A DNA stretch of 63,301 nt, counting the filler, from Collodictyon triciliatum (taxonomy: Eukaryota): the NCBI GenBank assembly GCA_043381765.1. It is 5 parts of 5 records of this genome, joined end to end, with 100 filler letters (N's around TTAATTAATTAA, not from the genome) between each part and the next. Parts side by side here need not be neighbours in the genome. Positions count along the whole stretch, not along the records: positions 1 to 14,748 come from JBHJMP010001780.1; positions 14,849 to 29,579 come from JBHJMP010001781.1; 3 more parts are not named here. One strand, written 5' to 3'. Below the pieces are notes generated by a model. It did not search any database. It was not told where the DNA came from and saw only the letters and a program-made list of their open reading frames with translations. This document shows, piece after piece, positions 10,822 through 24,271 of the stretch (the stretch's first letter is position 1; each line of letters opens with the position of its first letter). Both the position numbers and the translations under genes were made by a program.

Positions 10822-11733
10822 ATGACCACGTCTCCAACAAACTCGCCGTTAGTCTGCAGCGTTTGCCTTGATTCGTACACTGACCCTCGCATGCTTTTAT
10901 GCGGTCATTCATTTTGTTTGCCATGCATCGAAAGGATGCACAAATCCACACGATCCAATTGGCTTCAATGCCCGAACTGTCGATTAATTATCCCAGTGCC
11001 TAAAAACAGTTGCAAAACTTTCCAAAAAAACCTTGCTCTTGTAGGAAATAACCAGGCTATCTTTAATAACAGAAACATATCCATAAGGCCTCTTTTATCA
11101 AACAGATGCTCGAGTGAGCCACGATTTCTTCATGAGATGTCCCTTCCGTCAGACGGGACTGAAAGTACCATCAAAAGCACCGGCGTCTCGGATAATGCTG
11201 CTTCGAATCGTTTGTCTCCATCACAAATTCAACACGAGTACCGCGAGCGCCTTCGCATCCAGTTTGAATATCATGGGATCAGCAGGAGCCCAAGTTCTTT
11301 TCAAGTTCGCGAACGTCAAGTGACACCTGCTGTAAATCGAAGACATGTTGCCCCCGTCGAGATTGTTGATGTTGATAATATTGTAATCAAGCTTCTTTTT
11401 TCTGTGATTGCTCTTACATCGGTGGTATCAAGCTTTTCACAAAGTAACCACGCATTTTGGTCTACGGCTTCATTACTGTTGTATCTAGTTTACTGTTCCT
11501 TCATTGCGATGAGAAGATGGGAAGTCAACCCATCAGCGTCCATATCCGACATCGGAAAAAAGATTTTGGTCTCCTCCGCTCTTTTGTTATGGTTTTCTCT
11601 GGTTCATGTACACAAGGTTCGGAATTACATACATTTCACTTCTCCTGAGAGCATAAAGGAAAGCCTCTGGGCCTTGTTTGGAGGCCATCACCACGCGCTG
11701 GTTGGCCTGTGGCAATACTTGTTCCCTGAGTGA
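10822..11733 (+). CDS. RING-HC protein with C-terminal transmembrane helices; paralogue-like neighbour of 8462-9649
   Basis: ATG at 10822; CSVC...DPRMLLCGHSFCLPC...CPNCR...FQKNLAL; about three hydrophobic helices near the C-terminus. Confidence 0.85.
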   Translation: MTTSPTNSPLVCSVCLDSYTDPRMLLCGHSFCLPCIERMHKSTRSNWLQCPNCRLIIPVPKNSCKTFQKNLALVGNNQAIFNNRNISIRPLLSNRCSSEPRFLHEMSLPSDGTESTIKSTGVSDNAASNRLSPSQIQHEYRERLRIQFEYHGISRSPSSFQVRERQVTPAVNRRHVAPVEIVDVDNIVIKLLFSVIALTSVVSSFSQSNHAFWSTASLLLYLVYCSFIAMRRWEVNPSASISDIGKKILVSSALLLWFSLVHVHKVRNYIHFTSPESIKESLWALFGGHHHALVGLWQYLFPE

Positions 11734-11791
11734 CGTTTCGACAGCGTCTGACACCAGCATGCAATAATTACATGCAATAAAAATTCAGAGT

Positions 11792-11913
11792 CTGTTTGTT
11801 TGTTTGTTTGTTTGTTTGTTTGTTTGTTTGTTTGTTTGTTTGTTTGTTTGTTTGTTTGTTTGTTTGTTTGTTTGTTTGTTTGTTTGTTTGTTTGTTTGTT
11901 TGTTTGTTTGTTT
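11792..11913. repeat. (GTTT)n microsatellite
   Basis: Perfect tetranucleotide tandem array. Confidence 0.95.
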
Positions 11914-13239
11914 GAAAAAAAATCCATGTTGATCTCATCTTTGCAATACGAATAAATGTGGTATCACAGAGACAAACGGAGTTGAGAGGAATAATTAACA
12001 ATAAAATAAAATAAAAAAACACAATAATTAAGAAAATATCTCATTTGCAGGGAAACAAGCACGCTGAAAGAGAAAAGAAGAGCACACTCTCCAGAAAATA
12101 ATATTAAACTGAGCTTCTTTCCTTCTTCTCCCAAATCACTACATTCTAAGCCAGAAAAAAAAAAACACGCAAGCGATCGGAAAGAAGGATCCCGAGAAGG
12201 ACGAGAACACCTACCAGGAGAACCGCCACAGCCCTGCCCCATGGGATGCCTACTGACTGTACGCAAACCGTACGCAAGCCGACAAAGTTGACCCAGAGAG
12301 CGAAAAGGTAACTTGACCGCATCCCTTGCAACACAGGTTATGCACCGAGACACACCGACGACCAGGACGCCGGCTGCCACCGACCCGTGAGTCAACAAAC
12401 GAGTAATAAGACGGAGCGAGCTCTTTGAAACTAATATTAATGATAAAAGAGGAATAAAAAAAGGCCTATCGAGCTCAAGCCATCGACCCACGGGTAGCAA
12501 GAGAACAAGAGACTCCTGAAGAAAGGGTTGATAGGCCTCAAGCTTCCGCTATCGACCGACGGGCAGCAAGATAAGTATGAATATACTGCTCGGTATTAGT
12601 CGCTCTGATTCATTCATCCGTTTCTTTTTTCTTTTTTCTTTTTTCTTTTTCTTTTTCTTTTTCTTTTTCTTTTTCTTTTTCTTTTTCTTTTTCCTTTCTT
12701 TTTCCTTTCTTTTTCCTTTCTTTTTCTTCAGTCTCATTCAGCTTGTAAACGAATAAACTTTATTACAAAGGTTGTGGCGAACTTAGTTTTATCCCTTTCA
12801 AGGTACACATCACTTTTTATACAACGAAAGTGTGCCCATATATAACAGTTTATGGCACAGACAACCATCGAATTAAATCTGGATTGACAAAGGCAGGAGC
12901 TTTGATGAATCCAAGACAGCACCTGAATAATATAATAGTGTGATTAGTATATACAATAAAAAAAATACTTAATAATCTCATTCTATTCACATAACAAATT
13001 TATATTTTATTTTCCATTTGATTCGCATTAAAATTCAAGATTACAAACAAGGTGTTACCTTGGCCCAGACAGAACCCACACCATAAACTTGCCACCAAAC
13101 ATGCATTTCAAAAAAGTATACTATTCACACTTGCGGTGGTAATCATGTTGTTTGGGTCGATATGTTGAATTTCAGTCGCAATGGCTATACGGCTGTCCTT
13201 TCGAACTCGCCGAATGGGCTCTCAGCGTTTTGTCTCAAA

Positions 13240-14748
13240 TCACTTCTAAAAAAAAAAAAAACTTTGTGTGTTTGTTTGCCACAATGCGCACATTGTGAGA
13301 GTCTCGGTAGATGCTTAATTTTACATAAATTGATTTTATGCAGTTTTATTATTTTTATCAAATTGACTGATTGACTGATGTTTTATTAAAATTTAAAACT
13401 CGGTAGTTTTCTAGAGGAAAAGGCAAAACAAAGACTTTCAGATGAAGAAAAGAAAACGCCTCGAGTCTGATAATATAAAGTCTGTAAAACCAGACTATCG
13501 AAATGTGAAAACATCTCTAAAGTCGATTGTAAAGAATCCGGATGACCATGACACAATCAACGATACGGTTTTATTGTGTCATAATTTGGTTACCGACACT
13601 TATCTGTTTGCAAGATGTTACATATTGAAATCACAACAACTCCCAACAACCGATGAAATGTTTTTTTTGTATGCTTTATAGATAGTCGGAGTAGTTTCAC
13701 AAGGTAGACCCGCAAGTTTAAAAATCCAGATATGAGAACCGACATGATGACTTTTTTATCTCAATGATTTTCGATTCCTTTTTGTCCCGAGAAGAACGCA
13801 TTCCGGTCGTTTGGACTGCCTCATGTATTACCGCACTTGGCGAAGCAAATGTTAACAGCTTATCATAATAATATTAAGGAACATTTTGTTAAGAGGTTCC
13901 TGTGCTTTATAAATCAAACAGTTCCTAAAGATAAGAATATTACGGAAGCCATTAAAAAGGCAGGGCTACGAAAGCTAAAAAAAAAAAATAAAGCCATCTT
14001 CAAGAAACTCGAAATACTGGAACAATATAAAGAATGGGCTACAACGCATTTGCATCGTATCATTCCCAGCGATATTGTAAATGGTATCGAATATGACGTC
14101 AAAGTCAATCCGAAGTACATTCCATGTCTGATTTACATGAATTGCATTTTTGAGGACATTGGAACCAAAAACTGTTTCAACCAATCTCTATAAGAACTAC
14201 CAATATGTCATGTCATATTACTCTAGATACTGCATGTTTGGTAGGTCTGTTAGTATTAACTAGAAAAACATCATTACTGAAGAATATATCAGGATGCAAA
14301 GAGACACTGTGGGATGATTTCTTTGAAATCAAGAAGAGGGGTTTTCATCAAAGAGACCACAGTTTTAAATACATGATACAAACAGACGGCTTGGCGGTGT
14401 CATTATTGTTTGTAAAGAAACGTATTTCAAATTCAAAATTCAAATATAATAAGAAAAAACTCAAGAATATGTTTATATAGATGAACTTTCCTAACAGCAG
14501 TTATCTTTATTAGCAACAAAAAAAATAGTTGTAGTGGACGCAGGCAAGTTTAATTTTGTTTGCATGGTGGATGAGGCATTTAAGAAATTACGTTACGCGG
14601 CACACCAAACAAGACATGATAGCAAATCTCTTGAAAATCACAAAATACTCTTGCGCGAGAAAAAAAGAAAAGTAGAGTACAATTATTCAGGGATATGCGT
14701 GGCAACAGATTTACAAAGTGCTATTTCTTTTGGTGCCGTGACTTTTGA
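13240..14748 (+). mobile_element. Fanzor-carrying element, copy 2 (5' two-thirds; truncated by assembly gap)
   Basis: Starts A|TCACTTCTAAAA..ACTTTGTGTGTTTGTTTGCCACAATG and is colinear with the reverse complement of 3778-2287. Confidence 0.85.
13442..14748 (+). pseudogene. Fanzor1-type nuclease, copy 2, frameshifted, 3' part in gap
   Basis: ORF pieces 13442-13681, 13837-14193, 14205-14480 and 14534-14748 match copy 1; includes RuvC-I KIVVVDAGKFNFVCMVD. Confidence 0.85.
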
Positions 14749-14792
14749 NNNNNNNNNNNNNNNNNNNNNNNNNNNNNNNNNNNNNNNNNNNN

Positions 14793-14804
14793 TTAATTAA
14801 TTAA
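14793..14804. other. Artificial scaffold linker TTAATTAATTAA inside N gap (also 29624-29635, 44412-44423, 59202-59213)
   Basis: Identical 12-mer with stops in all frames centred in similar-length N runs; contiguity across these joins is uncertain. Confidence 0.9.
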
Positions 14805-14889
14805 NNNNNNNNNNNNNNNNNNNNNNNNNNNNNNNNNNNNNNNNNNNNAAAAAAAAAAAAAAAAAAAAAATTTTTTTATAATTTTTTGG

Positions 14890-14931
<42 letters not shown>

Positions 14932-16770
14932 CTCCTTTCTTCTTTCTAAAAAAAAAATAAAAAATATGTATCCTATCATTGATAATAACCCATGCAACTT
15001 GCGCAGTGCTCAGAGAATTGGAGATTAACAAACTTGGTCAAGTATTCGAGTATGGTTTATTGGAAAGTAAGGAGGAGGTACCACACCAGGCTGCAGCAGA
15101 AGCCGAAAAGCAAGCCGTGGAGAAAGTGGCAGATTTACCGGAGGCCAGTGTGGCCAACTAACACGTCCTCAAAGCCATCGCCTTTCAGCCTCATTGAGCA
15201 ATCCTTTCAGCTGTGAAAGCGACTATACGGTTAACCCAAACAATAAAACAAAACAAAAATTGATATCTGTTTGTGCCATCAATGCGCTTTTTTATGTATA
15301 ATATATGACCCCTTTTGCATTCTATCGTAGAATGCATGAAATAAACTGTGTATTTCTTCTCCTTTTCAGTGTGTTGAAAAAAAAAACAATAGAATATTTT
15401 ACTTCATATTGCTGGGTACCACAGTAAACCCACTAAAGTATTCTACAGTAATACTCATAATTTTATCATACTTCTATTATTTGATTATCTTACCCCATCA
15501 AATCTCAAATAAATAAATAAATATTTAATTCTAAAAGGGCAACACAGAGCCCTTTTTTCCTGATGCCAATTCTTGTCTGCTTTTCATGCATCAGCCCTCA
15601 TGAGCTCTTCCGGACGATATCTTTCTCCTTCAACCGACCCAAAGTCCGAGAAGGTTACGCCACATCCCAGGGTCACGGAACACCCAGCTTTGCGGCACAA
15701 GTAGGATGTTGCATTCACTGAGTACGGGTTCGGACCACAGTCTCCAACAGAGATTATCTTGTGATTAGATTATGCTCGTTCCTGGGCAGAAGAGGCCTAT
15801 TCTTTTTCTTTTTTTTTCTTTTTTTCTTTTTTTTTCTTTTTTTCTTTTTTTCTTTTTTTCCTTTTTTCTGCGTATATGCAATGCGTGATGCTGCAACATA
15901 AAAACAGAACAGGAGTCTGTGGCGTGGGCAAAGTTGTCCACAGACATGCCGACCATCCAAGCGCCTTCAGAGTCTGCCATCTCTCAGGCCCCCACACCTG
16001 CCAGAAATGACGCGCTATCCCAGGAGAGGCATCATGTTCTTCCGCCACGCATATGCGTTTGTGTGGATGCCTGTTGTTCGGACGATTGCGCTTTTCCTGC
16101 TGTTTCACAGATTCTTTGCTCTGCGATGATTCATGCAAAGGCTCCCCAAACAGACGAGATGCCGTCAGAGTCTGTTGGCGGCGGCCTGGCTCATGAGCGA
16201 CTCGAGCCTCCTATGAGGCCTTCGCAGGGATGACATGGAGATGACTCCGGAGTGAATCTGGCCTGTCTGCTTGCCTTTCTGGACGGACGCTGGGCTTTGT
16301 GCTTGGCCGTGTGGGTCGTTTTATGGGAGGTGGGTTTAATGTCACACCACGACTTTTACAATGCAACGAAAGTATGGACACGGGGCTTCTCCATAGTTGG
16401 CGGCGACTCTATCAAACACAAGACTAATGGACTACGAGTGCAATAATAGATTCTACATGTGTCTTTATTATGCACCACCTACGGTAATAAAAGAGACTCG
16501 TTTGAACTAGTGATGTTGCATTCGTACAAGTGGACATGGGGACATGAAAGTCGGGTGCTTCTCTTCGTTATCATAATCTTATGGATTGCTGGGTGGCATT
16601 TGATTGAAAGTGTTCTTTTGTTGTTGTTGTTGTTGATGTTTGTTTGTTGTTGTTTTTTTGTTTGATTTTTTTCTCTGAAAAGGAAAATAGAGGCAAAATC
16701 ATATCGGAGGGTGAAAAGAGGAAAATGCGTGGCTATGTGCAAGTTGACAACGTCAAGGGATAATAGCGTG

Positions 16771-18575
<1,805 letters not shown>

Positions 18576-20205
18576 TCCTAGGCAACTGCAAAGGTGAGTC
18601 AACAATTAGCATCTGCAGAGAACATGGAGGTAGAGTGGGACTGGAATTAAAAGACATATGTTGGAGTCCACGAGATCCTGATTCAAGGATAGTCGCCCGA
18701 AAACTGCGACCAAGGACCAAAAGTTGTGACCTTGGGACTGAGTTATTGAAAAACTCAAGTGCTTTAATGGGTGTTTCCAGAAGATGAGGATGTTACGCAA
18801 TTTTCTTGTCACGTCAGACAACGGCCTATAGACTGTTCCTGAATCGCTAATGGTCTTGGTGTCTACAGACCTTGCAAAAGACTATAAAGTGTTTCTTTTG
18901 TCTTCTTCCAACAAGAGCAGGAGGAGCAAAGGCCATCGTTGCTGATTCTGCATTTGCGGCCTTTGGGGTCTGACCCTGTAGAAGCTGCGTTCGTTGGCTC
19001 TATCTCTGAGATACCCATCGGCCTTTGCAACAGAGCCCCGAGAAATGCATTTTGTCGATCGTGGGCACGACACCGATACCGCCTCAACCCAACCCAACAT
19101 TGTTCCGAAGATCTCCCCGCTGTGCACACCCAGCACATTCAAACATTCAAAAGTTTAAATCGATTGGATGTCCAATGTGGTGATTTTCGGAATTCCTTTT
19201 TGTGGATATTTAAGATAAATGCGCCACAAGGTGTGCAACTGAATTAGACGGAAGTGGTGCTCAATGACCTCCCACATTGAAACGTCAACATTCAATGTGT
19301 ATTAAATGCATCACTACAATAAATATTTGCATCTTTATTTCGAATTGATACGCTTTTAAAATGGACTCTATAATATTAATTATAAATTCCTCATTTGGAA
19401 ATTAACGTTGTCGGGGTCAACTTTGCTGCTATCTGCTCGACCGTTGGGAGCCTTTTCCAAGCCCAATCAATCGCCATAACCTTTGCTTTGAGCAAGTTTC
19501 TGCCACATGACTGCCCAAGAGCGCAGCTCAATACTCCAAACAACCACAGTTGCACGAGTACCTTTGGCACTCATTGGGCAACAAATCAAACTTGTGGACG
19601 AGTGTCGAGAACTTGGAGGCTGAAACTCTGTCTCATGAGTTCCGTTCTTGTTTCCACAGCAGAGTTGGATTCTTTAAAAAAAAGAGGGAGCTGACTCGCA
19701 GCCAAATAAAGAGGTGAAAACCCATATAAAGTCATGTGGACTTGCTGGTGTGGGAGTGAATCTGGATCCTTCATGAACCTGACCTGTTTCTTTTGTTTAT
19801 CTACAAGTCTGTCTCTCTTAAAGTCACCCTTTTACTTTCTATACTCACGGTCACATTTCTTTCGTATTTATCTTATTCTTTTTTTTTTTCTCATCCTCAT
19901 CTTCATTTGATTTCCTTTTCGCTTCGTCGTTTGCAACCTGCGCTGTGATCGGAGGTTCTAAAGCACGACAAGGACTTTGCAATGAACACTCGAAGCCACC
20001 CACATCAAACTCCGCGATTAATATTAAAAATAACAAAATATTCATTCGCAGCAGCTTTAAGCCGCCCTCAAGCAGGATCTCCGGGTCTATCAGGGCTGCT
20101 ATTGAAGGAAGGATACTTTAAGGTGAAGCGGGAGTAGAAGCCTTGGAAGAAGTTTGCCAGCTCAAGTCACAAAGCAACATAGCAGATCGATCGAGCAAAC
20201 ATACA

Positions 20206-23200
20206 ATGTCCACTAACGAAGCCGCAAGCAGTCTGAGCGTGGAAGAATCCGTTGATCACATCACTAATGGGGCTAAAGAAGAGAACGGCGTAGCACCCTC
20301 ATCCGAGAATCCTTCTGTTGTAAACCAGAGCCCTGTTCGCAAATCTAGTATCCAGCGAGAACTTGGAGAGTTATCCGAAGGTTTATTTAGTACGAAGCCT
20401 TAGCTTTATTATGTATTGTTCTTTTCCTTGTCTCTTTGGTTTTGCTTGTTTTTTTTTTGTTTTTTTTTTGTTTTCTTTGTTTTTGTTTTGTTTTGTTCCT
20501 AGTGTTAGTTTTTAGTCTTTTTTTTTCTATATTACTGGGTGTCCACTTTCTTTTTGGGATCGCCATCGATTCTTCGAAAAGGAGATGGCCTTAATTATAT
20601 TGGTTTCAATTTGTCGGGCCTCATTATGATGATGTAATGGGACAGTGAAGTATTCCTGTATTTCGTAACTAACTTTACAAACATAGTGAATAAGCATCTT
20701 GATTTTCAAAGTATTTTCATAAATTCATTTTATCGTACTTTTTTTTTCTCTCTCTTAACATGAATACAGGCTTGGCCGGTCTCCCTGCTCTCCGAAAGCG
20801 AAAATCTGTTGAGTTATATTCTCCTGAACTCCCTCGTGAACCGACACCGCTAATTATCCAAAAGGTTTCTTCACAAAATCTATTAATACCCACTATGTAG
20901 AAGAAGGACTTTCCCAAACCACACCCGAAACCACAGGATATGATTTTGCACTCTATGATAATAAAAATTTCAGTATCAAGAATTTTACGCAATAGGGACT
21001 TGGAGAAAAGCTTGGAGACATCGAAAAGGGTATGTGTAATAGCGTAGTCCTTTTTAATTTTCTATATGTCGACTGTAGAGGGGCTCTGATGTAATATTAT
21101 GATTGCTTCTACACGCTCCATCTAACTGTTTTGTATTTCATGGGTCACTCTATTTTTTATGCTTTTCCCTCGCGCCATTAAGTCTTATTTGATACCAACC
21201 GACCTAAATCTTACCCAGCGGCCCAACACATTCGTGCTATATCACGCAATTCGAACATTCTAATGGATCTTCATAAAGTAATATTTGGAAAAGGATGCCC
21301 ATTGGTAGGTGCAACATACACATGTGCAGTGACTTTTTAACATAGTGCTGATCAAAATGAAGCTTTTCTTTTTTTCTTTTGATTTTCAGAACCAATCATG
21401 TATCTATTTTGTATTTGATTACATGGCCCAGTGTCATATCATGTTTTGATCGCATAAAGTAAATGTAATCAAATGAGTTTACCCAAACGTATGTGGTGAA
21501 TACTCCTAAAAATATAATTAAAATATTAGGCTAAACTGAAAGATAATCTCCTTAACTACTCTGGCGTGTCTGCAACTGAATCGGTTTGAATTTTTTTTTT
21601 TTACGGAGTTTTACGTGCTCCTAATGTCATATATTCATGATGTCAGCTGGTGGAGTGGCTAGAACCGCATAAACTATCGAAAGCACTTCATATTCCATAC
21701 ATATCCTTCTCCTAAACTTCAACTATTGTGTTTTATTGTTTCAATAGGCGAAGGAAAAGGACAAACTAACCAATCGTCTTTCAAAGCATACGAGGCCTGA
21801 AATTGTTGAGTTCATAGAAGCACTCGGTCTATCAAAGCAAGGAATTAAGGTGTAATTTGAAATCACCTGATTCCTTTAAACGATTAATTATGAAATGATA
21901 TCCTCCATTGTCTGTTTATTTGATTCCATAACCAACAAGGATAAATTGGGTCATGGCGATAGATACATATATGAAGGCCAATAACTTAGAATGGAGTTGT
22001 TGAACGAACTATATATAAACAACAGGATGAACTTGTTTCAAGACTTTCCGACTTTCTTGAGAAGCCTGGAGAAAATGCATACGTAAGCTAGAAATTGCTG
22101 TAGAGAGTATCATATCGTGCAGTATTTTGCTTTTAATTTACCATCATTTTGTTCAGAAAACTCCCTGAGAGAAAATAATAAACTGAACTAAAATTTTTCA
22201 ATAATTTCCTGTTTATCTGCCTCGTGTTTTTACATGGTTTATATTGGGATTTGCATCAAGAAGCCATATATGTGATCAAAATAGCTTACCTCTATCCTTG
22301 TGTCATTGTAATTATAAACATAGCACCAAACCCCAAAGAAACCAAAGAAAGCTGAGACGCCAGAGGAGAATGGACATGCCACATCTATTTCCAAGGCATT
22401 CTATTTACTTGATTCAGAATTCTCAATCCTTCGCACATTACGATACTCTTCTAGATCGATACTATTAGATGACAGAGGCTTATAAAGTCTTCTAGTACCC
22501 TTCTCTTCCTCGTTAAAAAAATATTTCAAAATGAACGCATGAGCTCTATATCAATACTAGTATTATAGTATCGCCTCTTTCTTTTGAAAGCAACCCCAAA
22601 CGAAGCCTACCTGAAAAACAGACGCAAAATCAACCATCAGTAAGATAATCAGTACCTTTCTCTAGGTACCAACCCCAAAGAAGAACACTCCCCCTCCAAA
22701 AGATACGAAAAGCTCCAAAGGTACCAAAGTTTCTGACGAATCAGAGGACAGCCCAAAGGATGAGAGAAAGAATGAGGCAAATGATGAAGCAAATGATTTA
22801 AAGGAAGAAACAAAGGATGAGCCAAAGAATCAGTCAAAAGACGATTCGAAAGATGAGCCGAAGGAATCTGGAAAGCACCGTAAGCTAGCTCGAAGAACTC
22901 CAAGCTCGTCCATTCTTGTACCCCTCTCAGAAGCTATCGCAGCTCTCACCGCTGAGGCCAAAGAGGCCACCGAAACAGCTGAACCAACAACCAAAAATGA
23001 GGAGGCAAGCCAGTCAAGTGCCAAAAATCATGATGCTCAGGAATCAGAGTCGAAAGGTGATGCCGAGCGAATGGTCGATGAAGAAGATGAGGCTAACGAA
23101 CAAAAAGTGAATGAACATAAGGTAGAGGATAATGCACTCCGTAAAGATGCTCCTTCTGAGGCTGAGGCTGAGGCTGATGCCGACGTTGCTAAGAAAGTAG

Positions 23201-23481
23201 AGACGAACGATGATGGGTCTACAAGAAAAGAGCCCTTAAGAAAGGAGTCGGCCGAGAAACCCACAGATAGTGTTTTCCCTCCAGATGAAGATATTGTAGA
23301 AAAAATCAAAGAGCTGATTCCCACCGTCGACTTGGAGTCAACCACCCCAAGGCAGGTCAAGGAGGCTCTTGAAAGGTTGTTTGGGGTACTGCTTGATTCC
23401 AAATCGGACTTTATTACACAAACCATCCGGACTCTTCTTTCGGAGGGCTCCGCGCTATCCCAAAGTGCCGCTCCACAATAG
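20206..23481 (+). CDS. DEK: DEK-like chromatin protein, multi-exon
   Basis: Exons encode RKRKSVELY, GTGEKLGDIEK, LMDLHKVIFG, LKDNLLNYSG and DELVSRLSDFLEKP (DEK central/SAP-like region), a charged linker, and C-terminal DEK_C PPDEDIVEKIKELIPTVDLESTTPRQVKEALERLFG. Some internal exon limits are approximate. Confidence 0.8.
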
Positions 23482-24271
23482 CTCATCATCAATCACTCAT
23501 CGATACGGTTTGTTTCTTTGTTTTTCAACAATAATGCAGGTGTATTTCACTTCCTTTCCTTAGTTCGGTGGCGACATATTTGATTTAATGCGCCGAATAT
23601 TTCCATTCCAGAGAATATAAGAAGAATCAGCGCAAATCATCAACCTAGTCATTGATAGATAATCATCACTTTAGCACAGACACTCGCACAATTAGCTATT
23701 CCTGAACTCAGCCTCCTCGCCATTGAAACAAGAGCGATTCAAACAAAGAAGCAACACACCCAACAACCACGCACATACTTTCCTCACAATCCTTTCCTCC
23801 TCTTTTCTTTACCTGATTTATCCTCATTCTGTCGACTGAAACAAATAACCCCGAGCCAAACCTCCTTCTCTCCTTCCCCGCTGTCGCTGTCGACAGAAAA
23901 ATATAAAGCAAAGCCGCTGCACATCTCGACACGGATGAGGTTGTGGAGATGCGTGAACGCGTGCTCTTTGAAAAGTTTGAAGTAAACATAGGAATGTAAG
24001 TATCAGATTGCACGCAATTCACGCTGTGTACAATGACTTGCTGATTCCATCAATCGAGATTACTTCGCTGTGGCTTTTACTGTCCTACTTTTTTTTATTT
24101 TTATTTTTTACTTTCCTTGGTTTTATCTAATTTTAAATAATCAAATGATTGCTAGTGATTTTACATTGTTCTAGCTATATAGAATACTATAATTTCAGCG
24201 AGTAGAATCAGGATTTTTTTTTCCTTCAGACTTTAAGTTTAATTTGATATCCTTCCTACTTTCTTGGAGAA

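Noticed and set aside
12100-12580. GC-richer block with an imperfect ~40-nt direct repeat (ATCGACC.ACGGG.AGCAAGA twice)
   Set aside because: Only two degenerate units, no array or convincing ORF; not CRISPR-like.
14749-14848. Recurrent palindromic TTAATTAATTAA motif (four times)
   Set aside because: Always centred in N runs; a scaffolding linker, not biology.
15550-16450. GC-richer block with ORFs in several frames
   Set aside because: No recognisable domain or consistent exon structure; cannot call strand or product.
19400-19780. Minus-strand peptide faintly like an LTR integrase segment
   Set aside because: Too short and no DDE residues or LTRs seen.
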